Part shown: in pieces, positions 52,392 to 63,736 of the stretch | Position numbering within the stretch: the first letter of the stretch is position 1 | How the letters are laid out: each line of letters opens with the position of its first letter | DNA from: Clostridiales bacterium | GTDB taxonomy: Bacteria; Bacillota; Clostridia; TANB77; CAG-508 | Assembly: GCA_003534295.1 (NCBI GenBank) | Contig: DPDV01000007.1 | Coordinates: forward strand, 4,127-68,126 | DNA: 64,000 nt | Reading direction: 5' to 3' | Translations under genes and position numbers: made by a program | The notes under the pieces: model-generated | The model's input: only the letters and a program-made list of their open reading frames with translations | Told to the model about the DNA's origin: nothing | Databases searched by the model: none

Positions 52392-52844
52392 CTATATTTT
52401 TTTACCAAATTCCTTCTTTATTCTCATTTCAGCATCTTTTTTAGCAATATCTTCTCTTTTATCATATAACTTTTTTCCTTTACCGATTCCCAAAGTTATT
52501 TTTAAGAAATTACCGGAAAAGTATAAATCCATTGGAATAAGAGAATAACCTTTTTGTTTAGTTTGACCAATAAGTTTTGCTATTTCCAATTTATGTAGTA
52601 ATAATTTTTTAACTCTTAAAGGATCTTTATTAAAAATATTGCCATGTTCATATGGGCTAATATGCATTCCATAAACAAGAACTTCACCATTTTTTATAAT
52701 AGCATAACTATCTTTCATATTAATTTTGCCATTGCGTATAGACTTTATTTCTGTTCCAGTTAAAACAATACCAGCTTCTAAAGTTTTTTCAATTGAATAA
52801 TTATGTTTGGCAGTAGGATTAGTTGCAACAACTTTTTTTGCCAT
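52392..52844 (-). CDS. smpB: SsrA-binding protein SmpB
   Basis: KVVATNPTAKHNYSIEKTLEAGIVLTGTEIKS. GGAGG RBS before MAKK. Confidence 0.9.
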   Translation of the reverse strand: MAKKVVATNPTAKHNYSIEKTLEAGIVLTGTEIKSIRNGKINMKDSYAIIKNGEVLVYGMHISPYEHGNIFNKDPLRVKKLLLHKLEIAKLIGQTKQKGYSLIPMDLYFSGNFLKITLGIGKGKKLYDKREDIAKKDAEMRIKKEFGKKI

Positions 52845-53074
52845 AAAAAACCTCCTTGTCATTTTGAAGACATTTCTTTTGGTAACAATTTGTTACTTTA
52901 GGGATACATCTTAATAATAAATATTATATCACTAAAACAGCAAAAAACAAGACATTTTAAAGTTTATGTTCCAGCATTTTAGCTGTATAAATAGTAGCAA
53001 TTAAAAATAACATAATGTTTTAAAGCTTATTAAAAACATTATATTATTTTTAATTATAGGTCATTAATTCAAAA

Positions 53075-53521
53075 TTATCTGTTATTACTATTGCTGTCAT
53101 CATAAAAATTAGAAGAATTTTTTTGACCACCATAATATACAACAAGTGCTATTATTACAATGGCAATTACGGCTAACAAAATCCACATCCAAGTAGAAGA
53201 AGTCATATTGGTGCCAGTTGCATTTGAAGTACGAGTTGTTGTGTAGTTTCCTGGATTAGCATTAAAATTAGATGTATTATTGTTGTGGTCAGTATTATTG
53301 TTTTTCATAGTATTGGTCATATCTTTTCCGTCGTTTTCTAATTTATTAGTGCCTTCTTTTACACCATTTACAATACCTTTGCCGGCATCTTCTACGGCAT
53401 TTTCTGCTCCGCCTACAACATTTCTAACATCATTAACAACATTATTTGCAGCAAATGTATAAGAAAAAGCAAAAAGTGAAATAACAAATATAATAATAAA
53501 TAAAACAATCTTCTTATTCAT
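53075..53521 (-). CDS. secreted/membrane-anchored low-complexity protein
   Basis: Signal peptide, Asn/Thr-rich region, C-terminal TM anchor. Confidence 0.35.
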   Translation of the reverse strand: MNKKIVLFIIIFVISLFAFSYTFAANNVVNDVRNVVGGAENAVEDAGKGIVNGVKEGTNKLENDGKDMTNTMKNNNTDHNNNTSNFNANPGNYTTTRTSNATGTNMTSSTWMWILLAVIAIVIIALVVYYGGQKNSSNFYDDSNSNNR

Positions 53522-53664
53522 AAAATAAAAACCTCCTTAAAAAATGTACAACTTAAAATAATTGTTCAATAATATTATTGTTTTTTTAAAATAAAATATA
53601 CATAAAAATAAAATTGGAAAATTATTTTCTAATTTCCCAATTTTACTAAAAAATTTTATAATGA

Positions 53665-53928
53665 CTATTTTAATCTTATTAATATGGCTATTGCTAATAA
53701 TATTAATAATACTCCAACAACTATTAACAAAATATTTAGAATATTTGTTAAACCTAAACTCGCTTCTGGTAAAGAAGATAAAGCATTTAGAGGCGAAGCT
53801 GTATTAGATGCGCCACTTGTTGTTGTATTATTTTGTAAATTCATATTAATATCACTTGCACAAACAAATAAACATGATGAAAGTAATATAAATACAAGTA
53901 ATAAGACAATATATATTTTTTTAAACAT
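53665..53928 (-). CDS. small secreted/membrane-anchored protein
   Basis: GGAGG RBS before MFKK. Signal peptide plus C-terminal TM segment. Confidence 0.3.
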   Translation of the reverse strand: MFKKIYIVLLLVFILLSSCLFVCASDINMNLQNNTTTSGASNTASPLNALSSLPEASLGLTNILNILLIVVGVLLILLAIAILIRLK

Positions 53929-54033
53929 GACTACCTCCAAGTACTGAACTTATACTATTAATAATACACAATAAATAAAAAAAAGTCTATATTATTTTTA
54001 AAAAATATTGAATAATATAGACTTGAAATTTAA

Positions 54034-55014
54034 TTAATGTACATAAACTGGAGTTCCTAAACCAGCATTTTGAAAAATAATTGGCATTTTATTAGGTGGA
54101 ATGTTTACACATCCATGACTTCCAGAATACTTTGAACCTGCTCTACCATTTTGTTTATAAACAACTCCGCCAAAATAATTAAAATTCTCTGTAGCACCTC
54201 TCCAGTTAGCATCATGTAACCCTTGCGCTTTGGCATTGTTAAATCTCATCCAATATTTAACAAAGGCGTTAGAAGGTTGTAAATATCTATTTGTGTCTGT
54301 AAACATTATTTCATAATAGCCTTTTTGTGTGTCATAAGAACCTTTTTTTCCAGTTGTAATTGCAGAATCTAAAAATAAAAATCCATTTTTATAAAATCTT
54401 AAAGTCTGTGATACTATATCTACTTCCACAAATGTTCTTTTTACATATTTGGTATGTCCTGATATGTAACCAGGTTTTCCATTATATAGTATTTTATACC
54501 ATCTTACACCGTTAACCCAAGTTTCTCCTAAGACAGCAGGCATACTACCTGTTGTTAAAACTCCTATAATTGTAGAACCAGATGTGCCAGCTTTATTTCT
54601 TACATTTAAAGATTTGTCTTTAACAAGTATTTTTTTATACTTATATGCAACATTTAAAAAATTTCTTGTTGTTGCATCTACATTTCCTGTTACAGGAAGG
54701 TTATATTTTTTTTGAAATTGTTTTAGATATGCTCTCGTTGAATAAGATACAACACCTGTTGTATCTAAAGTACAGTCCATTACAGCATTTAATTCTTTTT
54801 GTAAGTATCTTGCTTGTGTAGTATCATATGTTGCACCAATATTTTGGGATAAAAAAGATACATATTTTGAATATGGCGAAATTATAGGTGTTTCCGTATT
54901 AGTTTTTTCAATATTAACTTCTGCACTTAAATCTAATTCATTAGCCGTACAAATTGGAATGATACCTAAAAACAATAAAATAATAGTTAACAAAATTAAA
55001 AACATTTTTTTCAT
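54034..55014 (-). CDS. L,D-transpeptidase (YkuD domain) with N-terminal signal/TM
   Basis: Catalytic motif SHGCVNIPP near the C-terminus. GGAGG RBS before MKKMF. Confidence 0.7.
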   Translation of the reverse strand: MKKMFLILLTIILLFLGIIPICTANELDLSAEVNIEKTNTETPIISPYSKYVSFLSQNIGATYDTTQARYLQKELNAVMDCTLDTTGVVSYSTRAYLKQFQKKYNLPVTGNVDATTRNFLNVAYKYKKILVKDKSLNVRNKAGTSGSTIIGVLTTGSMPAVLGETWVNGVRWYKILYNGKPGYISGHTKYVKRTFVEVDIVSQTLRFYKNGFLFLDSAITTGKKGSYDTQKGYYEIMFTDTNRYLQPSNAFVKYWMRFNNAKAQGLHDANWRGATENFNYFGGVVYKQNGRAGSKYSGSHGCVNIPPNKMPIIFQNAGLGTPVYVH

Positions 55015-55121
55015 AAATAAATTACCTCCAAAAACTATATTAACATAAAATGGCAAAAAAGTCAATATATGTAAACAATAATTATTAATAATAAAATATA
55101 AAAAAATATGCAAAATATAAT

Positions 55122-55195
55122 ATGATAGTGTAAAGTAATCTATGAAAATGTAGGGGCGATTTTAATCGTCTGTACTTCGAAGAAATTACTAAAGA
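55122..55195 (+). promoter_or_regulatory. copy C of the repeated promoter-plus-hairpin leader motif (upstream of splB)
   Basis: ATGATAGTGTAAAGTAATCTATGAAAATGTAGGGGCGATTTTAATCGTCTGTACTTCGAAGAAATTACTAAAGAAG. The C-to-T change in the 3' stem keeps a G-U pair. Confidence 0.4.
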
Positions 55196-55217
55196 AGAAC
55201 ACAAGGAGAGAATTTAT

Positions 55218-56216
55218 ATGTTTTTACCAAAGCAAATTTTATATGAAAAGAATGTTAAAAATTACGAGTTGGGAAGAGAATTATTAGAACAATACAAAGA
55301 CATCCCTAAAATGATTATAGAAAACCATAATAATATACCTGAGATGAGAGGTAAACAAAATTGTGAATTTGTAGACATGAAAAAGAACTTGATTATAGGA
55401 ATAAGAAAGACACATAAATTTGTTCCAAACCATAAGACTTCTGATTTTCTAGTACCATATACTTCTTCTGGTTGTACAGCAATGTGTATGTACTGCTATT
55501 TAGTGTGTAACTATAATAAATGTTCATATTTAAGGCTGTTCGTAAATAGAGAAGACATGCTTTCAAAAATAATAAAAGTTGCTAATCAAAGTGACAAAGA
55601 ATTAACTTTTGAGATTGGTAGCAATAGTGATTTAATATTAGAAAACACAATTACAAACAATTTAGAGTGGACAATACCAAAATTTGCCCAAAATAATAAA
55701 GGATATTTAACGTTTCCAACTAAATTTGATATGGTTGAGCCAATACTAAATTTAGAACATAATAATAGAGTTATAGTAAGAATGAGTGTAAATCCAAGTA
55801 TAATTATACAAAAGGTGGAGCTTGGTACATCTAGCTTGGAGAAGAGAGTTGAAGCGGTAAATAAGTTGAAAGATGCAGGATATAAAGTAGGGATATTAAT
55901 AGCACCAATTATTTTAATTGATAACTGGCAAGATAAATATGAAAAGTTAATAATATATCTTAAGGAGAAATTGAATGATAATGTTAAAAAAGATGTATTT
56001 TTTGAACTTATTTTTATGACATATAGTTATGTTCATAAAATGATAAACAATGATGCATTTCCCAATGCAATAAAATTATTTGACGAGAATATAATGACAG
56101 GAAGAGGCAAAGGAAAATACATGTATAAAGAAAAAGTAAAAGATGAGGCAAGATTATTTTTTGAGAAAAAAATGAAAGAATATTTTCCAGATAATAAAAT
56201 AATGTATATAGTGTAA
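55218..56216 (+). CDS. splB: spore photoproduct lyase (radical SAM)
   Basis: CTAMCMYCY radical-SAM cluster in the SPL-typical context. 332 aa, with SplB-like overall layout. Confidence 0.8.
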   Translation: MFLPKQILYEKNVKNYELGRELLEQYKDIPKMIIENHNNIPEMRGKQNCEFVDMKKNLIIGIRKTHKFVPNHKTSDFLVPYTSSGCTAMCMYCYLVCNYNKCSYLRLFVNREDMLSKIIKVANQSDKELTFEIGSNSDLILENTITNNLEWTIPKFAQNNKGYLTFPTKFDMVEPILNLEHNNRVIVRMSVNPSIIIQKVELGTSSLEKRVEAVNKLKDAGYKVGILIAPIILIDNWQDKYEKLIIYLKEKLNDNVKKDVFFELIFMTYSYVHKMINNDAFPNAIKLFDENIMTGRGKGKYMYKEKVKDEARLFFEKKMKEYFPDNKIMYIV

Positions 56217-56261
56217 AAAAATTTGAATATCACTTGACAAAAGGGTTAATAATAGAATAAA

Positions 56262-56475
56262 ATATGAAAGTATAAAAAGTGCGTTAGTACAATGCAAAGC
56301 TGTATTAGGTTACTAGTAGAGAATAAGGGTCACCGGCTGCAAGCCCTTTTAGAAAACAATACAAAGTGAAACACATTGGAGCATATAATGAGAGAAGAAT
56401 TTTTAATTCTTAAGTTAGGGTGGTACCGCGGATTATATTCGTCCCTGCATATTGTTGCAGAGGGCTTTTTTTGTA
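56262..56475 (+). promoter_or_regulatory. T-box leader (Asn-type) with terminator, upstream of asnS
   Basis: TTGACA promoter at 56233-56238. T-box consensus AGGGTGGTACCGCGG at 56417-56431. Terminator hairpin CCCTGCATATTGTTGCAGAGGG followed by a T-run. AAC codon present in the proposed specifier region. Confidence 0.75.
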
Positions 56476-56507
56476 CTTCTGTAACATGAAAAAAAAGGAG
56501 GTTCAAT

Positions 56508-57902
56508 ATGGAAAGAGTAAAAGTAAAAGAAATTTTCAGAAACAAAGAAGAATATTTAGGAAAGGAAATTAATGTAGCTGGTTGGATAAGACAAAAAAGG
56601 GATGCAAAGAAAATAGCATTTATTGAGTTAAACGATGGTAGTTTTTTTAAGCCAATTCAAATAATAGTTGAAGATGAAAAAATAGAGAACTTTGCAGAAA
56701 TCGTAAAGTTAAATATCAGTTCAAGTATTGTAGTTAAAGGCTTATTAGTTGACGCACCAAATGGAAAGGACTCTCTTGAAATTCATGCAAATAAAATAGA
56801 AATAATGGGAAAGGCAGATGATGACTACCCAATTCAGCCTAAAAAACATTCAATGGAATATTTAAGAACAGTTGCACATTTAAGACCAAGAACTAATACA
56901 TTTATGGCGGTATTTAGAGTAAGATCACTTGTTGCATTTGCAATACACAAGTTTTTTCAAGAGCAAGGATTTGTATATGTGCATACGCCAATAATTACAG
57001 GTAGCGATTGCGAAGGGGCAGGTGAAATGTTTAGAGCAACAACTCTTGATTTAGAAAAACTACCAACAAACGAAAACGGAAAAATAGATTACACAAAGGA
57101 TTTTTTTGGAAAGCCTGTTAACCTAACTGTTAGTGGACAATTAAATGGTGAAACATTTGCAACAGCATTTGGCAATATATATACATTTGGCCCAACATTT
57201 AGAGCAGAAAATTCTTACACACCTAGACATGCCGCTGAGTTTTGGATGATAGAACCAGAAATGGCATTTGCAGATATAGAAGATAATATGGATATGGCAG
57301 AGGCTATGGTAAAATATATTATAAAATATGTGCTTGAGCAAGCACCAGAAGAAATGGAATTCTTTAATAAATTTATAGAGCCAGGTTTAATAGAAAGACT
57401 TGAAAATATTATAAATAATGAGTTTGAAAGAATAACATATACAAAGGCAATAGAACTGTTAACTCCTCATAAAGAACAATTTAAATATCCTGTAGAATGG
57501 GGAATTGGATTGCAAACTGAACATGAAAGATTTTTAACAGAAAAAATATATAAAAAGCCAGTATTTGTAACAGGATATCCAGCAGGAACAACAGCTTTTT
57601 ACATGAGATTAAACGAAGATGAAAAAACAGTTGCAGCAATGGATTTACTTGTTCCAGGAGTTGGAGAAATAATTGGAGGTAGTCAACGTGAAGAACGTTA
57701 TGATGTGTTAAAAGAAAAAATTCATAAATTAGGAATGAAGGAAGAAGACTATGCATGGTATCTTGATACAAGAAAGTATGGAACAGTAACACATTCTGGA
57801 TATGGATTAGGATTTGAAAGAATGGTAATGTATTTAACTGGTATGCAAAATATTCGTGATGTAATCCCATTTCCTAGAACAGCAGGAAATGCAGACTTTT
57901 AG
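56508..57902 (+). CDS. asnS: asparaginyl-tRNA synthetase
   Basis: Class II aaRS motifs. AsnRS-type N-terminal anticodon-binding domain. 464 aa. Confidence 0.9.
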   Translation: MERVKVKEIFRNKEEYLGKEINVAGWIRQKRDAKKIAFIELNDGSFFKPIQIIVEDEKIENFAEIVKLNISSSIVVKGLLVDAPNGKDSLEIHANKIEIMGKADDDYPIQPKKHSMEYLRTVAHLRPRTNTFMAVFRVRSLVAFAIHKFFQEQGFVYVHTPIITGSDCEGAGEMFRATTLDLEKLPTNENGKIDYTKDFFGKPVNLTVSGQLNGETFATAFGNIYTFGPTFRAENSYTPRHAAEFWMIEPEMAFADIEDNMDMAEAMVKYIIKYVLEQAPEEMEFFNKFIEPGLIERLENIINNEFERITYTKAIELLTPHKEQFKYPVEWGIGLQTEHERFLTEKIYKKPVFVTGYPAGTTAFYMRLNEDEKTVAAMDLLVPGVGEIIGGSQREERYDVLKEKIHKLGMKEEDYAWYLDTRKYGTVTHSGYGLGFERMVMYLTGMQNIRDVIPFPRTAGNADF

Positions 57903-57947
57903 TTATAAAATTTTTATTAAAAGTATAAAAAAATAGTATGCAAATAA

Positions 57948-57975
57948 AAACAGATAATTGGTTATCTGTTTTTAT
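57948..57975 (+). terminator. rho-independent terminator after asnS
   Basis: AAACAGATAA-TTGG-TTATCTGTTT followed by a T-run. Confidence 0.6.
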
Positions 57976-58032
57976 GCTATTGTAATAGGAATATAAAAAG
58001 TATAAAAAATATATTACAGTATTAACTAATAG

Positions 58033-58110
58033 TAAGATAGTGTAAAGTAATCTATGAAAAATGTAGAGGCGATTTTAACTGCCTGCACTTCGAGGAAATT
58101 ACTAAAAAAG
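58033..58110 (+). promoter_or_regulatory. copy D of the repeated promoter-plus-hairpin leader motif
   Basis: AAGATAGTGTAAAGTAATCTATGAAAAATGTAGAGGCGATTTTAACTGCCTGCACTTCGAGGAAATTACTAAAAAAG. Confidence 0.4.
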
Positions 58111-58142
58111 AATATTGAAAAGTCTAAAATAAGAGAGGATTA

Positions 58143-58356
58143 TTATGAGTAAGTTAATAGTATATTTATATGGTGGTATAGACCTGTTCCAGCAATAAGA
58201 ACATTTTTAACAAGAAATGACTTGTCAGGTAAAACTATTAAACCATATGCAACAAATGCAGGATGGTTAGGCAGAACATTTAAAGAAATAGAAAAATTAT
58301 GTCCTAATTCTAATGTGGAACAGGGAATGAACATTGTTGAAATATTAATAAAATAA
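58143..58356 (+). pseudogene. flavodoxin-like (Flavodoxin_4-type) gene remnant: N-terminal MSKLIVYLYGG stub, then a frame-shifted C-terminal segment
   Basis: The second frame reads ...IKPYATNAGWLGRTFKEIEKLCPNSNVEQGMNIVEIL, resembling the C-terminus of short flavodoxin-family proteins. The middle ~90 codons are absent. Confidence 0.4.
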
Positions 58357-58489
58357 TATTACAAATTGATGATATATGTGATATAATAAGAAAAAATTAT
58401 TTAAGGAGGTATTTTTTGAGGAAAATTAATATAGGTGTATTGGATCTCGTAATTGATTTAAAATAACAAATCAATAGGAGGAAACAAGA

Positions 58490-59206
58490 ATGAAATATGA
58501 AAAAACTTTAAAATACAATACAGATTTAATTAATCAAAAAATTATGGGACCTAACCCACTAAAATTGGAAGAAGAACTTATGAAAGACAACAAAATAAAA
58601 GCAGGTTCAATAGTTATGGACTTAGGAAGTGGTCAAGGAATCACATCAGTTTTCTTAGCAAAGGAATATGGTTTTAAGGTATATGCAACAGACCTTTGGA
58701 GTGACGCAGAAGAAAATAGAAAATTTTTCGCTGAAATGGGATTGACAGATGATCAAATCATTCCAGTAAAAGTAGATGCGACAGATCTAAAATATGAAAA
58801 AGAATTTTTTGATGCAGTTGTTAGCACAGATTCTTACAACTACTTTGGAAGAGACGAAAAGTATTTAGATGAAAAACTTTTGCCATTTGTAAAAAAAGGA
58901 GGCTATATTTATATAGTTGTTCCAGGAATGAAGAAAGACTGCCATAACAATATTCCAAAAGAGTTACTATTATCTTGGACACCAGAGCAACTTGATTATC
59001 TTCATGACATAGAATATTGGAAAAATATAATTTTAAAATCAAGAAATAGTGAAATTGTATCAATATATGAAATGGAAAGTAATGAGGAGTGCTGGGAGGA
59101 CTGGATAAACTGCGACAATGAGTATTCTAAAAGCGACAGAAAATCTATAGAAGCAGGAGCTTGTAAGTATATAAACTTTATTGCTATTGTTTTGAAGAAA
59201 ATATAA
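58490..59206 (+). CDS. class I SAM-dependent methyltransferase
   Basis: VMDLGSGQGITSVFLA motif I. Acidic motif II at VYATDLWSD. Confidence 0.7.
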   Translation: MKYEKTLKYNTDLINQKIMGPNPLKLEEELMKDNKIKAGSIVMDLGSGQGITSVFLAKEYGFKVYATDLWSDAEENRKFFAEMGLTDDQIIPVKVDATDLKYEKEFFDAVVSTDSYNYFGRDEKYLDEKLLPFVKKGGYIYIVVPGMKKDCHNNIPKELLLSWTPEQLDYLHDIEYWKNIILKSRNSEIVSIYEMESNEECWEDWINCDNEYSKSDRKSIEAGACKYINFIAIVLKKI

Positions 59207-59225
59207 GTTTGTAGAGAGTAATTTT

Positions 59226-60435
59226 TGAAGTGAACCCAAATTATTAGACAAAAAAGTTTAATAAGGAGGGTTCATTTTATGTCTAAATATTCAAATAATT
59301 TTAAATTAGAAGTAGTAAAATATTACAATAAACAACATTACGGATATCAATGTACAGCAAATAAATTTAACATTCCATCTCTAACAACCGTAAAAAAATG
59401 GGTAAAAAAATATAATGAACATGGAGAAAAAGGATTATTAAAAAATTTAAAGTCATCTTATAGTGGTGAATTTAAGCAAAGTGTGATAGAATATATGCAT
59501 AAAAACCATTTATCAGCTCAAGAAACAGCAATACACTTTAATTTAGGAAGTGTAGACCAAGCAACTAGATGGGAACGTATATATTATGAGGAAGGACCAC
59601 AAGTTTTCTATGAGAAGCGACGTGGTAGAAATAAAAATATGAGTTCTAAACCAAGAAAAAAGAAATTATCTAAAGAAAATGAAGAAGATTTAATAGAAGA
59701 AGTACAAAGACTTAGAATGGAAAATGCATACTTAAAAAAATTGCAAGCCTTAGTTCAGAAAAGGACAAAGCCAAAACAATCGAAAAAGTAATTGTAATAG
59801 ATGAATTAAGGCATGAGTTTAGATTAGAGGCCTTGTTAAAATATGCAGAAGTAACGAGGAGCACATTTTATTATCAATTAAACAGAATCAAAGAACCAGA
59901 TAAATATAAAGAAATAAAAGAAGAAATTACAGCTATTTACCATGAAAATAAAGGAAGATATGGATATAGAAGAATTACATTAGAATTACATAACAGAGGA
60001 TTTATTATCAACCATAAAACAGTCAGAAGACTTATGAAAGAATTAGAATTACAATGTTTTGTAAGAGCACAAAAGTATAAATCATATAAAGGTGAAGTAG
60101 GAAAAATTTGTGATAATCTTTTAAATAGAGAATTTGAGACTAAAGAACCAAACCAAAAATGGGTTACAGATGTAACAGAATTTAAAGTTCATAATGAAAA
60201 ACTTTATTTATCACCAATATTAGATTTATTTAATGGTGAAGTAATTAGCTTTAATTTATCAAGACATCCAGTATTTGCACAAGTGGTTGATATGTTAGAA
60301 AAAGCATTTAATAAGATACCAGATAATACAAATTTAATATTACACTCAGACCAAGGTTGGCAATATCAAATGAAGCAGTATCAACACTTATTAAAAGAAA
60401 AAGGAATTAGACAAATTGTCATCAAAATAAAATGA
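59226..60435 (+). mobile_element. IS3-family insertion sequence, right end deleted (orfA 59279-59791 intact, orfB truncated after about 200 aa)
   Basis: OrfA is an HTH protein with a leucine zipper. OrfB has the DDE D residues (WVTDVTEF, HSDQGWQY) but stops at GIRQ before the catalytic E region. The AAAAAG slippery-like sequence lies at the orfA/orfB overlap. The left end starts TGAAGTG. Confidence 0.7.
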
Positions 60436-60676
60436 CGTAAATTTAAAATGTCGAAAATTGTCAAAAATAAATTAACAAAAGTTAAGGAAAATGCGATAAA
60501 ATACTTGATTTTAAGTGTAATTGATGTTAAAATGTATAAAAGTTTTTATAGAAATATTAATTGGAGCAATTAGATATGGATATAAACGAAGTAATTTATA
60601 TTGTAAAAATGATAATCAAAAAAAGTTTTTGTAAAAAGGTATTTTTTAACCTTGTTTTAGTGTGCAATTAATTAAA

Positions 60677-60703
60677 CCAGAGAAGTTTTTCTCTGGTTTT
60701 GTT
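60677..60703 (+). terminator. rho-independent terminator
   Basis: AACCAGAGAA-GTTTTT-CTCTGGTTTT. Confidence 0.55.
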
Positions 60704-60769
60704 TTTGTTAATCCCCTAATAAGGGTTTATATATATTCTACAATTTTTCTGAAAGGAAGGTAATTTACT

Positions 60770-61462
60770 ATGAAAAATCAAACTGAAAAAATTCAAGGAC
60801 TATTTTTGGACCCAAATCAAAGTCCAAGTCAATTCTTGGAAAGGCGGCTGGTAACTCTCTTTGGAATTAATTCAATGGCAATAAAAGCACTTGATTTAGT
60901 TCGGGAAGAAATGTGCGTTGAAAAGGGATTCAAACGAGACAATGGCACTGATTATTATAATCATTGTGTTGATGTCGCAAATACGTTGATTTCTTTTGGT
61001 ATAAAAGATGAAGATGTAATTTGTGCAGCATTATTGCATGATATAATTGAAGATGTCGAAGGCTATAGAGAAATAACCATAGCCAAGATGTTTAATCCAA
61101 ATGTTGCAAGGTTGGTAATGCTTGTTACAAAAAAGGAAGGCGTAAATTACAAACATCCAGAAGCAATTAAAGAATATCTGCAAAATATATCTACAGATAT
61201 GAATGCAGCAGCAATTAAGGCTTCTGATAGAATGCACAACATGTTGACTTTGGATGAAAAAACTTTTGAAGCCAGATACAGAAAGGCTATTGAAACGAAA
61301 ACGTATTATTTACCGTTTTTTAAACAGTGTAGATATATGTATCCGAGATACGAAAATCTTTTTTACGCTGCAAGAGCACAAATCGAACCTTTGATTTATC
61401 ATATAGAATCATTCTATAATGAACTTCAAAGATTGCAAGAAGAAATAAATAATTTGAAATAA
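60770..61462 (+). CDS. HD-domain protein of the RelA/SpoT hydrolase type (small alarmone hydrolase-like)
   Basis: HCVDVANTLISFGIKDEDVICAALLHDIIEDVEGYREITIAKMFNPNVARLVMLVTKK matches the (p)ppGpp hydrolase HD motifs. It is 230 aa with no synthetase domain. Confidence 0.6.
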   Translation: MKNQTEKIQGLFLDPNQSPSQFLERRLVTLFGINSMAIKALDLVREEMCVEKGFKRDNGTDYYNHCVDVANTLISFGIKDEDVICAALLHDIIEDVEGYREITIAKMFNPNVARLVMLVTKKEGVNYKHPEAIKEYLQNISTDMNAAAIKASDRMHNMLTLDEKTFEARYRKAIETKTYYLPFFKQCRYMYPRYENLFYAARAQIEPLIYHIESFYNELQRLQEEINNLK

Positions 61463-61568
61463 AGAGAAAGGAAATTTGTAGATGTTGGGTGTCCTTATGT
61501 AAGGACACCCAGTTCATAAATAATTTTAGAAAGGTGATTATAATATGGAAAAAATCAATAAAACATAA

Positions 61569-62045
61569 TCAGGAAGAGGGTATTTGTTTAGGGTATCAGC
61601 AAGTGATATTTGTAATTATGATTGTTCGTTTTGCCATCCAGGTCAAAATGAAAGTGTAAAAATACTAACAGATGAGGAATTTTTAAGAGTTTTTAAAGTC
61701 GCAAATGAGCTATATAAAATTAAAACTCTACACTTTACTGAGGGAGAACCGCTAATGCGAAAAACCTTACCAGATGTTATTCATCAATGTAGATTAATAG
61801 CTGGTGAAGATTTAGATATAGCTATGACAACTAATGCATCTTTATTAGAAAGAAATCTGGATAAGCTTGTTGAAGCAGGGTTAAATAGAGCAAATATTAG
61901 TTTCCATTCAATAGATGATAAAAAGTATAAAGAATTTACAGGAAGCAAGGTTAATGTTACAGACATAATGAATACTATTCGAAAAGCCAAAAATGCAGGT
62001 TTGAAAATAAAAATTAATTCAGTTGTTATTAGAGAGTTAGTGTAA
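61569..62045 (+). pseudogene. moaA: moaA-like radical-SAM gene fragment (5' and 3' truncated)
   Basis: SGRGYLFRVSASDICNYDCSFCHP matches the MoaA N-terminal motif (YLRISVTDRCNLRCxYCMP) but has no start codon. The ORF ends at about one-half of MoaA length. Confidence 0.6.
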
Positions 62046-62159
62046 AATATTTGTAGGCAAAAATAAAAATTTTGTCTACATTTTTTAATTTAATATTGAA
62101 AAAACATGGTTAATCCAATACAATGTAATCGCCAAAAAACAACGAAAGGATTGATAACC

Positions 62160-63533
62160 ATGTTTGAAGAAATTATAGCAAGTAAAGAAGTAAAATTCAA
62201 TGATTTAGAGAAAAAAGTTTTTAAATTTGTATGTTTTTTTGGATGTTTAATAATAAAATTAATGTTAGAAGTGTACGATAGGAAATTAATGGAAAATAGA
62301 GATAAGAAAAAATATAGACATAAAGGATTACGACAAACATCAGTAAATACAATAATGGGAGAAATAAAATATAAAAGAGTAATGTATGAAGTTCAAGAAG
62401 AAGGAATAACAAAAACAGTATATTTATTAGATGAAACATTAAAAATAAGTGCGGAAGGAAAAGCATCAAGTAATTTAGTAGAAAAAGTAATAGAAACAGT
62501 ACCAGTAACAGATTCATATAGAAAAGCAGAAGAAGTAATAGATACAACAACAAATACATCTCTAAGTCATGAGAAAATAAGAAATATTATAGTAAAGATA
62601 GGAGATAAAATAACAAATAAAGAAAAAAAAGAAAGAAAATTATTTGATAAAAACCAGTTAGTAGCAGGACTAAAAGAAGTAACAGCATTATTTGAAGAAG
62701 CAGATGGAATATGGATAAATTTACAAGGAAAAGATAGAAAAGAAAGATTAGAAAAAAACAAACAAAAAGTAGAAAGAGAAAACAAAGAATTTAATCCAAA
62801 GATGAAAATAAAAACAGAGCTTAAATTACATGTAATGTATGAAGGATGGAAAAAAGAAGATTCCAGACATAGTTTAGTAAATAAGCAATATATAGCAAGA
62901 ATAATGAAATCAAAAGAAATAGCAAGATTAAGAGATGCAAGAGCATTTAGTCAATATGATGAAAGTAAAATAAAATTAAGAGTAACAAATGGAGATAGAG
63001 CAAAATGGACAAAAGGAACAACAGCCAAAGGAGGAATATATCAAAAAGACCAATTTCATATAATGCAAGAAATAGTAAGAGGTGTACCAATAGAATATAA
63101 AAATATATTTATTGAATTAATAAATAAAAAAGAATTTGAAAAAATAGAACCAGCAATAGATGGATTAAAATACGAATTAAATGGAGAATATCAGGCAGTA
63201 AAGAAATTGAATAAGTTAGAAAGTTATTTAAGCAGTGATTTAGAAAGATATCAAGATATAGTAGAAATCCCAGAAGCACCAGAAGGAATAGAATATAGGA
63301 ATATGGGAACACAAGAAAGTTAAATATTTAGTAAATTAAAGAAAAGATTTTGTAGCGGAAGAAAAGCATTTGGAATACATGGAGCAAATGCATTAAGTAG
63401 AATATGTGTATTAAGTGAGAAGTTTAATATAGATGAATTAGAAACCCCAACACCAATAGACACAAGTGCAGAAGATTGGATAAAAGAAATAATGAAATTA
63501 AAAGAATTTTCAGAAATGAGATGTAGTTTTTAA
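62160..63533 (+). pseudogene. ISLre2/UPF0236-type transposase gene with in-frame TAA at 63321-63323
   Basis: MFEEIIASKEVKFNDLEKKVFKF...DRKLMENRDKKKYRHKGLRQTSVNTIMGEIKYKRVMY follows the UPF0236 N-terminal pattern. The same frame continues after the TAA for 69 more codons (IFSKLKKRFCSGRKAFGIHGANALSRICVL...). The combined length of about 457 aa is in the range expected for the family. Confidence 0.5.
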
Positions 63534-63736
63534 AGATAAAAAGACAATGTTTTATTAAATGAACAAAAATATAATAAAGTGTTGAAGCAATTGACATTGA
63601 AGTATTAGAAAAAAAGATAAAAAAATTGCCTACATTTAGTTGACACATACGGATATTTAATTGATACTTGTTTAAATGCACAAGATCAATATATCAAAAT
63701 GATAGAATATTATCTGAAAGGATAGGGTAAAGGATA

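Noticed and set aside
62221-62785. Minus-strand ORFs (112 aa, 72 aa) inside the ISLre2-type transposase
   Set aside because: They are Leu/Phe-rich low-complexity antisense translations of an A/G-rich coding strand.
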